Of a stretch of DNA of 64,000 nt, positions 20,840-32,060 are shown one piece after another. Source of the stretch: Trypanosoma brucei (Eukaryota). Below the pieces are notes generated by a model, which saw nothing but the letters and a program-made list of their open reading frames with translations, made no database searches and was not told the DNA's origin. Positions within the stretch are counted from its first letter, which is position 1. Every line of letters starts with the position of its first letter. Made by a program: the position numbers and the translations under genes. The stretch spans positions 768,001 to 832,000 of the forward strand of contig CM000207.1 of assembly GCA_000002445.1 (NCBI GenBank). The letters run 5' to 3'.

Positions 20840-23800
20840 ATGAAGCGGGATGAACTGTTTGCTGCTTTGCAGGAAATACCGTGGGTTCCATGCCCGGAAA
20901 GTGAGGGTCGTCCATGCTACCGAGCAGCAGAAGCATTTCACTGCACATTTTGTGCATACACTGTTTGCGCTCGGTGTTATGACGCCATTCCGTCGTCCCT
21001 TCTCTCATTGGCAACCACAACAACTAGTGGCGGCACCGGCGGTGAAGGTGGCGCTGCGACAAACTCAGAAAAGAGTCTTGCCGACAGGACACCCACCCAA
21101 GCGTTTACTCCAAACTCACGCGGGAGTGACACACCTAACAGTGCCGACGACTTCATGAAACCCCGCTGTTTTTTGTGTCGCTCGGGGGTTCTCGAGAAGG
21201 AATCTGTGCCCGTGTTCGAATGGACATGTGAGGGTCCACGTCCTCCACGTCGACTCACTCGAGGTCAAGGGGCATCGTATGATGTGGATGTGGTTCAGCG
21301 TTACTACACCATGAAGGAGCAACGTGAGAAGAGAGCCCAATCGCAAGCACCGCTAACGGCTCAGTTTCTCGGCACAGAACCGTCGCCCACCGAGTTTGGT
21401 GGCAACATCGGTGTGCCTCCGGAGGCATCTCGCACTGGAGTGTTGGGTCGGCGGCCGTTCTGTGAGGAGGGTTGTAGTTTTTCGTGTGTTGTGCAGAACC
21501 CAAGGTTGGAGCAATCGCTAGTATGGTGTGGCGTGAATCGGCAGCTGCGGGAGTCCCACCCCTCCATCACAGGGGAAGAGACCATTACACCGTTGCACAC
21601 GATTCGCTGTCCACCTACTCTCCCAGGGTTACCTCCGCATAGGCTCCGGGTGCACATTCCATATGGCTCGTATGGCATTCATAAGATCCATGCAGTGGCG
21701 CTGTACGTCACCGAGGACATCTACCGGAGAGCTACGGCGAGGTCGGGGTCGCCTCGACCTGTTGTCAAATCACCAGGAGGTCGACGGATGGAACAGGGAC
21801 ACCCACAGCGAGATGGGCAGTTGATGGCGGTTAAGGAGCTGCCACGCAACACCGTACGCCCGTTGCTCGTTGTCGACGTACTGCATCGTACCGCCACCAG
21901 CGATCCGGTGAGGAATCTTTTGCCAACGCAATGGCTTCCGGAGCATATGCGACGTCCACCTAGCAGAATCTGCTCGCCTAGAAGAGAAAATAGTATCACG
22001 GAGACGGCGGGGTGTGTTGGCTCAGGTGTGACAAAGGGGAACGAAGGTGAGGGTCAGAATAATGGAACTGAAACTAAAGGCAACGCAGAGCCTCCTGTTA
22101 TGGGGGAAGGTGAACCCCACTTGACGTGGCCAGAGGGGATCCGATGCGAGGAACTGTTGCTAGCGGTTGACTATCTGCTACAGGGCCGTTCCGTAGCTGT
22201 GTACGGAATTGCATCAAAATACTTTTTTCTTCACCACGTTGCGCAATCCGCCGAGTTAAGAAATTTGGGAGTAGCCTTTGTGGATGGCTACCGCTCTTCT
22301 GCAAACCGTGTGACTCGGCAGCTGCGGGAAATTAGCAAGCAATTGCAGGAACAGCGTCATATCGTAGAAAAGGAGGTGCTGCGCAACCTCGTTTTTCGTG
22401 GAGGGGACTGTGATCCGTTTCTGCGTATCAGTCGTTCGCAAGCACCGTCGCGGGATGAATGCGGAAACCCGTCTGATCAATGTTATTTGGTGGTTTCCTC
22501 CTCAACATCCTCGGAGTCGTCGCGAAGTCGCTCTTACCGCTCCCCTGTGAGAGACGTTTCGGTCGCGATGATGGGCGGTTCCACCGAAAAAAGGCGAGAA
22601 AATATGGGACTAAAAGTGGGAGATCCTGGTTGTTGTGACTTAACTGCAGCCAAAACATTAAAGGCGACTACCCCACAGCGCAAGGAGAGCATGACTGTGT
22701 GTTCCCCCGCACCCATTACTATGAAGCGAGAACGGTCCGTGATGCTTGTGCAGGATGGTGGGCACTCTGATATTAAGAGAACTACTCAGCAAACTGCGCA
22801 GGGTTCGAAAAGACGGTGCGGAGAAAAAGTGTGTGACGCTGCCGGAACGGGTGGGTGGCGCCAAACTCATCCTGAGGCTATGGAAACCAGCAGAAAAGTG
22901 CGGTTGTGGCTGCGACGGTATTACCTGAGCGAGGTATCAGACTGGAATTACAGCGTACCTTTATATGAAACTCCTTGTGAGCGGCGATGCCGGGAAACGG
23001 AAACGGCCGTAACGTCGGTTCCGCTATCGGAGAGTGAAAACACTTGCCTGCAACCACGGTATACGGTTTCATCTCCAGACATCATGCGCCGGCTTCGTGT
23101 CGAATGCGGCGCTCCCCTCCGTTCGTGCGTGCAGTGGAAGTCGCTTCCATCCTACACAGCTCAGATGCTCACGGGGGGACTTGCTGCACAATCTGCCAAT
23201 CCTCCAGTTCATTATAGCGACTATGTTCCGAGGTTGATCCTAGTAGTGCATGGTATAGACGAACTCGACCCACCACTTCTGGTAGAGCTTCAGAACATTG
23301 CACGTGACCATCCCAATCGTGTAATGTTGCTATGCTCATTCGACGACCCAAACTGGGCCATGTCAAACAGTGCGGCGCAGTTGGAGCCGTTTCGATTGGC
23401 GTATGTACACCTCCGCTCGATGTTGCTCCCACGGGTGCATGAAATGGCATGTGTTAAAAGTCTCACGTTGCTCACAGACCTTGAGGCAGCAGCAGCAGGG
23501 GGGAAAAGGTTTGGTCATCACGGGTTAAGAGGAAGTCTTGGCCCTGGGACCTCTTTACCACTTCAAGACACCATTAGACGTATACTTTTTAGTCTTCCCG
23601 CCACGTTTACTGATGTCTTACGATGCATGATTGAGCGACAGGAAGCGTCGGGCGAAAATGTCTTCGTTCCCATGAGTCTCCACCAGCAACACTTCGACGA
23701 TCGAGGAATGATGATTTCAGTGGGCCGCCTCAGAGCGATTGAACGGGAACTAACATCCAATCGGCTGGCTGTGTTTGATGCAGCAGAAAATAAATTGATG

Positions 23801-23896
23801 ATTCCTCAACACAAAAAACTGCTGCGGGTGTTGGAGGAAGTCGCGGGACAGAGACAAAACACTCGGTCAAACGGTGGAGCTCCAGTGGAGGCATAG
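20840..23896 (+). CDS. conserved hypothetical protein with N-terminal Cys-rich region and an ORC2-like signature
   Basis: ATG start, 1018 aa. 'CTFCAYTVCARCYD...PRCFLCRSG' is Cys-rich and putatively zinc-binding. 'RSVAVYGIASKYFFLHHV...VAFVDGYRSSANRVTRQLREI' resembles the ORC2 hallmark block (LYG[YL]GSK...NGFFP.ISVK..L). The domain call is tentative. Confidence 0.55.
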   Translation: MKRDELFAALQEIPWVPCPESEGRPCYRAAEAFHCTFCAYTVCARCYDAIPSSLLSLATTTTSGGTGGEGGAATNSEKSLADRTPTQAFTPNSRGSDTPNSADDFMKPRCFLCRSGVLEKESVPVFEWTCEGPRPPRRLTRGQGASYDVDVVQRYYTMKEQREKRAQSQAPLTAQFLGTEPSPTEFGGNIGVPPEASRTGVLGRRPFCEEGCSFSCVVQNPRLEQSLVWCGVNRQLRESHPSITGEETITPLHTIRCPPTLPGLPPHRLRVHIPYGSYGIHKIHAVALYVTEDIYRRATARSGSPRPVVKSPGGRRMEQGHPQRDGQLMAVKELPRNTVRPLLVVDVLHRTATSDPVRNLLPTQWLPEHMRRPPSRICSPRRENSITETAGCVGSGVTKGNEGEGQNNGTETKGNAEPPVMGEGEPHLTWPEGIRCEELLLAVDYLLQGRSVAVYGIASKYFFLHHVAQSAELRNLGVAFVDGYRSSANRVTRQLREISKQLQEQRHIVEKEVLRNLVFRGGDCDPFLRISRSQAPSRDECGNPSDQCYLVVSSSTSSESSRSRSYRSPVRDVSVAMMGGSTEKRRENMGLKVGDPGCCDLTAAKTLKATTPQRKESMTVCSPAPITMKRERSVMLVQDGGHSDIKRTTQQTAQGSKRRCGEKVCDAAGTGGWRQTHPEAMETSRKVRLWLRRYYLSEVSDWNYSVPLYETPCERRCRETETAVTSVPLSESENTCLQPRYTVSSPDIMRRLRVECGAPLRSCVQWKSLPSYTAQMLTGGLAAQSANPPVHYSDYVPRLILVVHGIDELDPPLLVELQNIARDHPNRVMLLCSFDDPNWAMSNSAAQLEPFRLAYVHLRSMLLPRVHEMACVKSLTLLTDLEAAAAGGKRFGHHGLRGSLGPGTSLPLQDTIRRILFSLPATFTDVLRCMIERQEASGENVFVPMSLHQQHFDDRGMMISVGRLRAIERELTSNRLAVFDAAENKLMIPQHKKLLRVLEEVAGQRQNTRSNGGAPVEA

Positions 23897-24383
23897 GTTG
23901 ATCATTTGTTGTACCGTCCCCAATGGTTCCCAACAGCTTTACCAACATACGTTTTCCATATGAATAACCAAAAGCACCCACAGATACATGTTCATCTATA
24001 TATCCATATATACACATATGTGCATATATAGGTGTTTGTATCCATCACGCCTATCACTGAGTCGTCACGTACCCCTCAGCGTATCGCAATTTATTTTTAT
24101 TTTTTTTGCTCCCTGGTGGGGCATTTGTTCGCAGCGAGCTGTTTTCCGTCACCATTTACTCCTCTTTTTGTTCTCGTCTTTTCTTTTTCCCCCTACACGA
24201 AACTTTGTCTTTCATGTGTAAACGTACAAACGTGAGGAGTTGATTAAATAAAAGGTTCACTACCCTGAACAAAGTGAGAAAGCACCCGTATAAGGAAGAC
24301 CGCAACGGGGGGAAACGGGGTACATTTCTGGTGAGAGGGATATTATATATATATATATTTTTTTTTTTTAATTTATTTTTTGA

Positions 24384-24765
24384 AATGTTTGTAATGAAGT
24401 TACTGGATGCACTAGCAGACGCAGCCGTTCTGCTAATGTTCAACGTTAGCCCAACCAACTCAGGAAGTGATAACGACGAAGAAGAGGAAACCGTCGAACA
24501 CCACTTTGTTGAACCAAACAATATAAGTCATATGGAGCGTCACACGGCATATGCAACGGGACCATTGGATATCGACGGCGGCAGCAGCGATAGCAATTGC
24601 GTTTTAACAGCACCAAGTATGACAGTGACGACGTCAGCAGATGGCAGTAGCTTCGTCCAACTGACGGAAGAGGATATGCAACTTATGCCCGAGGAGCAGT
24701 CAATCAGTGGCGGGAGCTATGACGAGACACGCACCCCCGAATCGGTCAATGTGGTAAACTCTTGA
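24384..24765 (+). CDS. candidate small acidic protein (about 127 aa)
   Basis: Track ORF 24274 runs through (TA)n/T-runs. The first clean ATG is at 24384, after a T-rich tract. The remainder is non-repetitive, acidic and Ser-rich, and lies in a 1.8 kb gap between larger genes. Confidence 0.3.
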
Positions 24766-24888
24766 TTCTTGAAGCTCCGACGAGTCACGTTCCTCCTAAA
24801 ATTTACTGTTTCGTTTTTTAAATCTATTTTATTTATTTATTTTTGTAGGTGCCAATTTTTATTCAATTGCCTATCGTTGTGACGAATG

Positions 24889-24890
<2 letters not shown>

Positions 24891-24927
<37 letters not shown>
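24891..24927. repeat. (AT)18 microsatellite
   Basis: Direct reading. Confidence 0.95.
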
Positions 24928-24930
<3 letters not shown>

Positions 24931-25682
24931 CTCTTTCTCCCCTGTAAAAGACCGGCATGACATGACCGCAAGTAACGAGATGACAGTTGTGGTGTCATCA
25001 TTTGTTACAACGAACGAGGGGAGCCACATATAAGTCTTTTTCCCATTGAACCTTCTCCGTGATGTAAAGTGTTGATGTGCAACACAGTAAAGGAGGACTG
25101 GTGTTGGGGTTGAGGGTACCGAGGCAGTTATTTTTTTCTTTTATATATATATTTTTTACTTTTCTTCCGTTGTTTACCTAATGCGTTTATGGGGTGTACA
25201 CTCTGTCTCCAACAACATTACTAATATTATCACCGTCATTATTATCTCGCTTTCAATATTTCCTCTGTATTTTATTTGCTTTCCAGTAACTTACCTCAGT
25301 TGCATGTGGGCTCCATCACGTAGCCGAGGATAGTCACAAGGAGGCGTGCCTTCCTTCCTTTTTCCTTTTTTCCTTTTTTTTTTCGTAATGTGCGCGTGTG
25401 TGTCTCTCTATGTTCCCTTTCCCTTTCGCCTTCAGGCTGTGAATATATGATAACGCGCTCCAAGCTGTCTTGGGATTGGAGAGGAGCAGTGGTGTCGTGT
25501 GTGACTGTATTGGCGGTAGAGAAGTGTTAAGAGCGGTATTCTCTGAACCTCTTCAGGCGCCATAGTGTAGACATGAAGACATCTAATTCCTTTCTTCTGG
25601 ACTACACCTGAGGTAGCCGCTTCCATTATAAGCGTATGCCTGCAACCATGTAGTACCACTTCGCCGTCTCCTTCGTTCTTAC

Positions 25683-25723
25683 CTTTTTTTTCTCTCTCTA
25701 ATTTGCCACTATACATTTAACAG
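25683..25723 (+). promoter_or_regulatory. polypyrimidine tract plus AG: probable trans-splice acceptor for the CCHC/RRM gene
   Basis: 'ccttttttttctctctcta' followed by 'acag', ~20 nt upstream of the ATG at 25742. Confidence 0.4.
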
Positions 25724-25741
25724 ATAACCCCATTAAACAAT

Positions 25742-28700
25742 ATGTATTTCCCGCGTCACCAACATGAAAAAGAGCCCCGGGGTAGGTTCAATCCACAGGC
25801 ATTGGATTGGCTTCCGGGTATGGTACAAATGGCCACATTACCCCCTGCGCCCGTTGCCACGTACCCGCAACATTTCCCTTCCGTGCATTATAACAATATG
25901 ACTGACGGCCCTGCAACTCTTCCTTGTTTCCCAGACTTATTTCGAGATTGGTTGCATGGTGGTGTGATGTTCCCTCCATTTCCTTTCGCTGGTGGGCCTT
26001 CTGATGGAGCATATTACCCGACGGGACCCCAGCACCCTCAATTATGTCCACAGAGTGCAGAAGGCTGGATGGAAGCTGAACAACGTTACTACAAATACTT
26101 TCATCCGTTTTGGTGTGCATATCAACGGTTTTTGAGGGATTGTTATACACGACCTGTGACGAACGATTTATACTCTGCAGTTCCCACGAGTCACCAAACC
26201 CAACCACCAGCGGTGGCAACAGCAGATATCGCCACGTTTACCCGTGAAGGGACCCCATGGACGCAAAATTGGGGGTGTGACGCCCAGCACAAAGAGAATA
26301 CGGTTTCCAACAAGTGTGACAGCTGCGTGAAGTTAGCAGCCCCCACACATGCCGGAGGTGAGGTGTTACCTGGGGATTGCGAGACCACTGCAGGCGAGTG
26401 GAGGGAAATTTCGTCTCTTGCACTCTCCTCGTGCTTGTTGTGTGGCGACACGGGCCATCGTTACACCGCATGCCGCTTTTTTGACGGGAAGACATTATGC
26501 TTGGTACACATCGCCGACTCATACATCTACGCGATGCACCACAAGAACTGGGTTGAGAAGGCAACGTTGCTAGACGTGTGTTCCTTTGTCCACGTGGCCG
26601 TAGGCATCTTGCCAAAGAACTTGTTGTTGTACATTGGCGATCACGTACTTGACGTTACGTCTTACGAGACTGACGCTCGTTGCTGTGACTTGGATCTTCT
26701 TCCCGGTGCGGTGGTTGGTGTTGCCACTCGGCATGAGGCTGTCCCGGAGATGGAAAGCAAGGGACCTGCAGAACAATTCTCTGAGCCACGTGTTGAAGAT
26801 CAATGTTTGAAGGTCTCGCCTATATCAAAGGCCTCGGCATCGTCTACCTCACTCCACACATCGGAAACGCAGGAAGGGCTCCTTGGGCGCAACGAGAGCC
26901 GAGAGGGAGACAACAATGAGTCACCAGGTGTTGACGATATTGAAGCAGACAGAAGGAAGGCGGATGCAGTGAGGCAGCGGCAGAGTCCTGTTGCTGCGCC
27001 ATATTTAGGCACTACAGATGGTGATTTAAACTCCACTCAAACACGGGCACAACAGCAAACTGCGAGCATCCCCACTTGTGACCGGCCAGAACCGCAAGGA
27101 GGGTTGGAAGGAAAGGCATGTGACGAAATAGAGAGTCACAATGACATTGTAGACTCCGCGCAAGGAGAAGAGGTAAGTGACGCTCCCGTGGAGAGTAACG
27201 GCAAGACAGAGAGCGATGGACGCCGTCGCCGAACGGTTCACGTGAGGTTCATACCAGTGTCCATGGCATTTTCTGACATCCGGGCTCTTCTCTGGTCATG
27301 TGGAGAGGTCTACAAGGTCCGACTTGTGAAGCCAAAAACGACCCCGAACCCTGATAAGATGTTTTATGTTTGTTTCGTTGAGTACGCTGAGGAGCAGGCA
27401 GCCCTGAAAATGTTGGAGATGCATGGTCACCGTATCGCCGCATCTTTTCACCTCGCGGTAGAAATCAGCAAACACGCCATTCTTGGGGGCTATGTGACAG
27501 ACCGTGACGTGGGTACTGGTAAACCCTGCACATTTGGGCTAACTGACACTGAGCGCTGGGCTATAGAGCAGCGCCACAAACGTCCCGGAGCTGGTTCTGC
27601 TGGTAGCGGTAACGGTGAATGTGCTGAGGAAGGGGGCTATGAAGGCGAAGGAAAAGGAGGAAGGCGGTGTCGTCGCGGTGGCCGAAAACATCGAGGTAGA
27701 GCTCGCCAATCTACCCCTACTTCAGGGGAAACTCCCAATGGTTTGGGTGAGGCGGGGAAACAATGTACCGGCGGACCCTATTCACTGCAAATCGTTGCTG
27801 AAGACTCGAAACGGAAGAGCTGTCGCGGCAGCCACCGCATTACCGATGCGAAAAGTGGAAATGGAACTACCGGTGCGGTGGGTGAGTTACCACAAACCAC
27901 GCTGGCAAACTCTGATTTAAGCACTAAACCAATACAGTCTACGGTGTCAACGCCTCGTGAGGTGGTGGGGCATATCTCAGTGACTGCGGAGGAAAGTAAG
28001 CTTCTCGAGCATCTCCGCAACGCTACCATATCGTACCTCCGGTGCCCTTCCAAACGAAGCTTTTACGAGGTACTCACTGTGCTTGAAGACGTTAAGTTGT
28101 GTTCCCCTTCCCCTCTGTGCTGCCTCCACCTCACCAAAGCTGAGGTGGCGCTGCTTTTCCTTCACAGGTCTTCGGGGTTTGTGGAAGCGGCCGCAACGGC
28201 TGCCAATGGAGCGGTGCGCGCAGGGGAGGAACTGTCGCATCTGATGGCGAGAGATGCGAGCAGCCAAGACCACATCGGTGCTTCGTGGAGTTCCTTCTTC
28301 ACCGCATCTCATCCATCCCTCTGTGGCCACTGGAAAAATTGGCGAGACATGGTGTACGGTGATGAAGAGGAAAGTGGTGAGGGATCGCGAAATACCAAGT
28401 CAGATGGAGGCACAGCAACCGCATCATATCCGCGAGTCGGCAGAGTGTTGTGTTTCGTTGAGAGCCTCCTCCACATTGCGTTGTTGTGTGACAGCCTCTT
28501 AATGCATGAGCTGGAGAAGGACTGCGAAGGGAAATTTGTCATGCGAAACATTGATGCAGATTCACCAGGGGTCGGAAAAGTTATGTGGAAACTTGTTTGT
28601 TGTATCCGTCGCCTCCTCCAGAGGCTCCGAGCATTTGCTACAGAAAGTGATGGAAGCGGGCGGGAGGATCGGACAGTTTTGTCACCGCGGTGGCTCACCA

Positions 28701-28837
28701 CTGTTGCCCGCGTTTTGGTGCTTCTTCCTTCAGAAGCTGAGTGGCACGTGGGAAACCTACTTGACGCATTTGTTCCTTGCGCGTCGGACTTGCCGGTCGC
28801 AATTTTGGAAGATTTAGCGGGTATTCGGTTGTTCTAA
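25742..28837 (+). CDS. putative RNA-binding protein with CCHC zinc knuckle and RRM-like domain
   Basis: ATG start, preceded by a polypyrimidine tract at 25683-25700 and an AG at ~25722. The zinc knuckle is 'CLLCGDTGHRYTAC' (Cx2Cx4Hx4C). The RRM-like stretch is 'RRTVHVRFIPVSMAFSDIRALLWSCGEVYKVRLVK...FYVCFVEYAEEQAALKML'. A basic RG-rich segment reads 'GRRCRRGGRKHRGRARQ'. Confidence 0.6.
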   Translation: MYFPRHQHEKEPRGRFNPQALDWLPGMVQMATLPPAPVATYPQHFPSVHYNNMTDGPATLPCFPDLFRDWLHGGVMFPPFPFAGGPSDGAYYPTGPQHPQLCPQSAEGWMEAEQRYYKYFHPFWCAYQRFLRDCYTRPVTNDLYSAVPTSHQTQPPAVATADIATFTREGTPWTQNWGCDAQHKENTVSNKCDSCVKLAAPTHAGGEVLPGDCETTAGEWREISSLALSSCLLCGDTGHRYTACRFFDGKTLCLVHIADSYIYAMHHKNWVEKATLLDVCSFVHVAVGILPKNLLLYIGDHVLDVTSYETDARCCDLDLLPGAVVGVATRHEAVPEMESKGPAEQFSEPRVEDQCLKVSPISKASASSTSLHTSETQEGLLGRNESREGDNNESPGVDDIEADRRKADAVRQRQSPVAAPYLGTTDGDLNSTQTRAQQQTASIPTCDRPEPQGGLEGKACDEIESHNDIVDSAQGEEVSDAPVESNGKTESDGRRRRTVHVRFIPVSMAFSDIRALLWSCGEVYKVRLVKPKTTPNPDKMFYVCFVEYAEEQAALKMLEMHGHRIAASFHLAVEISKHAILGGYVTDRDVGTGKPCTFGLTDTERWAIEQRHKRPGAGSAGSGNGECAEEGGYEGEGKGGRRCRRGGRKHRGRARQSTPTSGETPNGLGEAGKQCTGGPYSLQIVAEDSKRKSCRGSHRITDAKSGNGTTGAVGELPQTTLANSDLSTKPIQSTVSTPREVVGHISVTAEESKLLEHLRNATISYLRCPSKRSFYEVLTVLEDVKLCSPSPLCCLHLTKAEVALLFLHRSSGFVEAAATAANGAVRAGEELSHLMARDASSQDHIGASWSSFFTASHPSLCGHWKNWRDMVYGDEEESGEGSRNTKSDGGTATASYPRVGRVLCFVESLLHIALLCDSLLMHELEKDCEGKFVMRNIDADSPGVGKVMWKLVCCIRRLLQRLRAFATESDGSGREDRTVLSPRWLTTVARVLVLLPSEAEWHVGNLLDAFVPCASDLPVAILEDLAGIRLF

Positions 28838-30000
28838 CCTGGCACGTCTCTTCTATGCTCCCCCCTCATCTGTTATTCATTCACGCGCTAATGATCAATT
28901 GCGCATCTCACCTTCTTATCACTTTATGACTACCAGTGACACACGACTTTTGACTTTTTTGCAGGAATCGGGTAAACGCTTTGGTCGGATTGCGTAGTCT
29001 CCGTTCCGCTTGGCAGAGCCTTAGATGAGGAGCGGGACAGAAAACAGAAATGGAAGATAAGACAGATAAAGCTTCTCAAGTTGAAGCACGGGATTATTTT
29101 ATTTTATTATTTTTTTTTTAATCCACTTATTATGATTGTTATTTATTTTTGTTTTTCGCTTTGACTTTCACCCTGCACCAATTTCCCCCTTCCGTTGTTT
29201 ATCCGAACGATGGGTTTCATGGGACTATTTTGCATCTATTTATTTTTTGATTCCCTCTCTCGTTTATGACACATTTTTTTCTTTATTTAGCCCCTACCCC
29301 GAGCATTCTCTCTATTTAATTTCTGCTTTTAAACTTTTGGTTTCAGTAAACGTAACACCATTATGGTGGACGCTATTTGATTTGTTTCAACTGCGTCCTA
29401 TCCTCTCCTCTCCCAATTTTTATTTTTTATATGTTTTAAAGATATTACGCCCTTACTTATTTTTGTTTCTTTTATTTGTTTCTTTGCTTTAACCCGAAGC
29501 ACAAACAGCTCTGCGTAAATGACGCTTTGACTGTTGTCACTTGCAGAAAGCAGTAACGACGTCAAACGTGCGGGTTGGCAAGCAGAAAAGGATTTTTCGA
29601 CCTCCAGAAGGCGAAGTGCCCGCAACAATACGAAGCTGTCTCATTCATTTTTTCTTTGGGTTTTATTAATTGGGTGCCTCACCTGGTATCCCCTTTCTGC
29701 AACATATACAGATGAATATAAAGATAAATAAATAAATATATATATTACATGTCCGATTATTACCTGTCACTAAACGCTATTTGGGGTTTCGTGTGCGCTT
29801 CGACACCCTTACCGTCGTCGTTCTCATCTTTGTTATCTTCCTATCCCCCTCTCTCTGGCGCTAACAAAGTTGTAGTGCGCAGGAATTGTTGGCGTTGCCT
29901 ATTTGCCTTTGTATATCCCTGTGGGAGCATCCGTCCCCCCAGGGTGCTTTAAAGGGACTTCCATAGGCCTCCTCCATTTCCCTCAGCAGCCCACAGACCG

Positions 30001-30660
30001 ATGACGGATTATGAGGAATTGCGGCAGAGGTTGTGGAGGGACATTGGGAAGAGTGCAAGAAGAAGGTCGAGGCGGAGGTCTCGGAGCTGTGGCCCCAGTT
30101 CCACAGTCACATCTCGTCAACCGCAGTCTACTGAAATGTCCCTCCGGTCTCTATGCAAAGGGGCCAGCCCTCGTCGATGTGCCTCCGGGAGAATTTCTTC
30201 AGCGTATGATCCACTCAGTGGGTCGCGAGGCAGAGAAGTGGAATATGACAGCTGCTTAGTGCATGCCTTACTGAGCTTGGTGGAGGAAATGGATGAAAAG
30301 AGTTCCTGTAGGTCGTCAAGTAGCCCCAAACGGAGGGCATCCCCTCTTCGGTCAGGAGCTAGAGACAGACAGGCTACGAGAACGGGAATATTGCCATCAG
30401 GCATCAACGCTCCCCCACGCACGAGGTTGGGAAGCACGTATGGTAGAGGCAGGAGATCACGTACTCGGGAAATGACATCACGTCACAGGACTCATGTTGA
30501 TTGTGAACACGGAATGGATCCAAGGAAGCTAGCGGAAGCCTTTTACGTCAACAACACCAGTTGGAAACTAGCAGAAGCAGTGTACTTGCACTTCGTGGCT
30601 GAAACAAACAAACAACAACTTCCAGGCATCTGTCATGAGCAACGCGGACGGCGGGGGTAG
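30001..30660 (+). CDS. candidate small Arg/Ser-rich protein (219 aa)
   Basis: ATG at 30001 sits directly behind a long polypyrimidine tract with AGs (29760-29995). The N-terminus 'RRRSRRRSRS' is RS-like and the ORF is non-repetitive. It is located in a 3.2 kb gap between larger genes. Confidence 0.35.
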   Translation: MTDYEELRQRLWRDIGKSARRRSRRRSRSCGPSSTVTSRQPQSTEMSLRSLCKGASPRRCASGRISSAYDPLSGSRGREVEYDSCLVHALLSLVEEMDEKSSCRSSSSPKRRASPLRSGARDRQATRTGILPSGINAPPRTRLGSTYGRGRRSRTREMTSRHRTHVDCEHGMDPRKLAEAFYVNNTSWKLAEAVYLHFVAETNKQQLPGICHEQRGRRG

Positions 30661-31306
30661 TGAACCGGTGGCATTACGCCAAGTACGTTTTACTTATGTG
30701 TGTGTGTATGTGTGGGACAAAATCTCACTTCTCTCTTCTTTCAAATGCTGTATGTATGTAACAAATGTTTGTACAGTGTCTGTCCGCATTATCATGCGTT
30801 GTTCTCAGCGTGTTTCCCTTTGTTTTCTTTATCTTGAACATGTTTATTTTTCCTTTTCAACGTTTGAGACCTGTGAGAGCCGCAAATGGTTGGAGGGGCA
30901 TGTTTGTGTGTATTTACACTTTTGGTTGTCTTGTTTATGCTTACCGAGAGGTTTATGAGTCCTTCTGTAAGTTGATGATTGGTGTTTCTGCTTTTCCCCA
31001 TAATATCGTTTGCAGTGGATTCTTTAATCAAAACTGATCGGTGGGTTTCTTGTCTTAGTCAACTAATTCAATGTCCTTTTTTTGTTATTTTTACTGTATG
31101 TGCGTTATTATGTTTTTTCTTCGACTTGTGTACATTTACGAGTTCAGTATTGTTGTTACCATCATTTATTTTGTCTTAATTGCCTTGCTGGTGTTTTACT
31201 TATTTCTCCGGAGGAAGGGGAGTGGGACGGGAGGTGTTCGTAGGCTTCTCAGCGCAAACGGAAACGCAATTTGTGGGGTTTGAAGGGAGGTGTGTGTGTG
31301 GGGAGA

Positions 31307-31344
31307 GTATATATATGTAGATATATATATATATATATATATAG
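31307..31344. repeat. (TA)n microsatellite, imperfect
   Basis: Direct reading. Confidence 0.9.
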
Positions 31345-32060
31345 AAAACAAACTTCTCTCTTCTGTTAGAGGCAGTGCCCCTTCTTCGTCCCTTCGGGAT
31401 AAGAGCAGCGTGTGCAATAATGACATCTTGTTGTATCCGCGTGTGTCGAGGTGTGTGTGTTGAGGTGACGAAGGGTGAAGAAGAAAAGGAGGGGAAGTTT
31501 AGTTTGGTCGATGAAGTGTTGTGCGAGCACTCCTGATCCAAGTCAGTTGTGGGAAAGGAGTGAAGGGGCGGGGGGGGGAGTTGTTTGAGATTTTACTTCT
31601 CCGTTGCCTTAAACGATATTCATAGTAGTAGTAGCGTGCAGAGGAAGCTTCGCTGAGAGGAGCGACATCGCCACGCGTATACTGCGTTCATATTGCCGTA
31701 GTGAAACCGTGAAAGAGTCGACCGGAAGGTGTAAGAGAAGGATAGGGTGCCGGTCGTATTCGGATCTTGTATGGGGCCCCACATATCTTTTTTTGGTTGT
31801 GGTGGCTATGTCAAAAATTTGGGAAAGCTCTTTTTATTCTACGAGTTTTTCATTTCTACTCCTTTTTTTGTTCCTAACGTCAAGGTTGTATCGAAGTGGA
31901 AGTGGTTGAGCGGTCGATGCGTTGCCATAATCGTTGGGTTTGGTGCTAATTGGATTTACAAAGGGTAGTGAGGAAATAAGGCGTGCCGGTGCAGTGCGTT
32001 AAGGTAAGAAAATACACACCGAGTTTGGGTGCGGGTGTGTAGGGAAGTAAGAGGGTGGTG

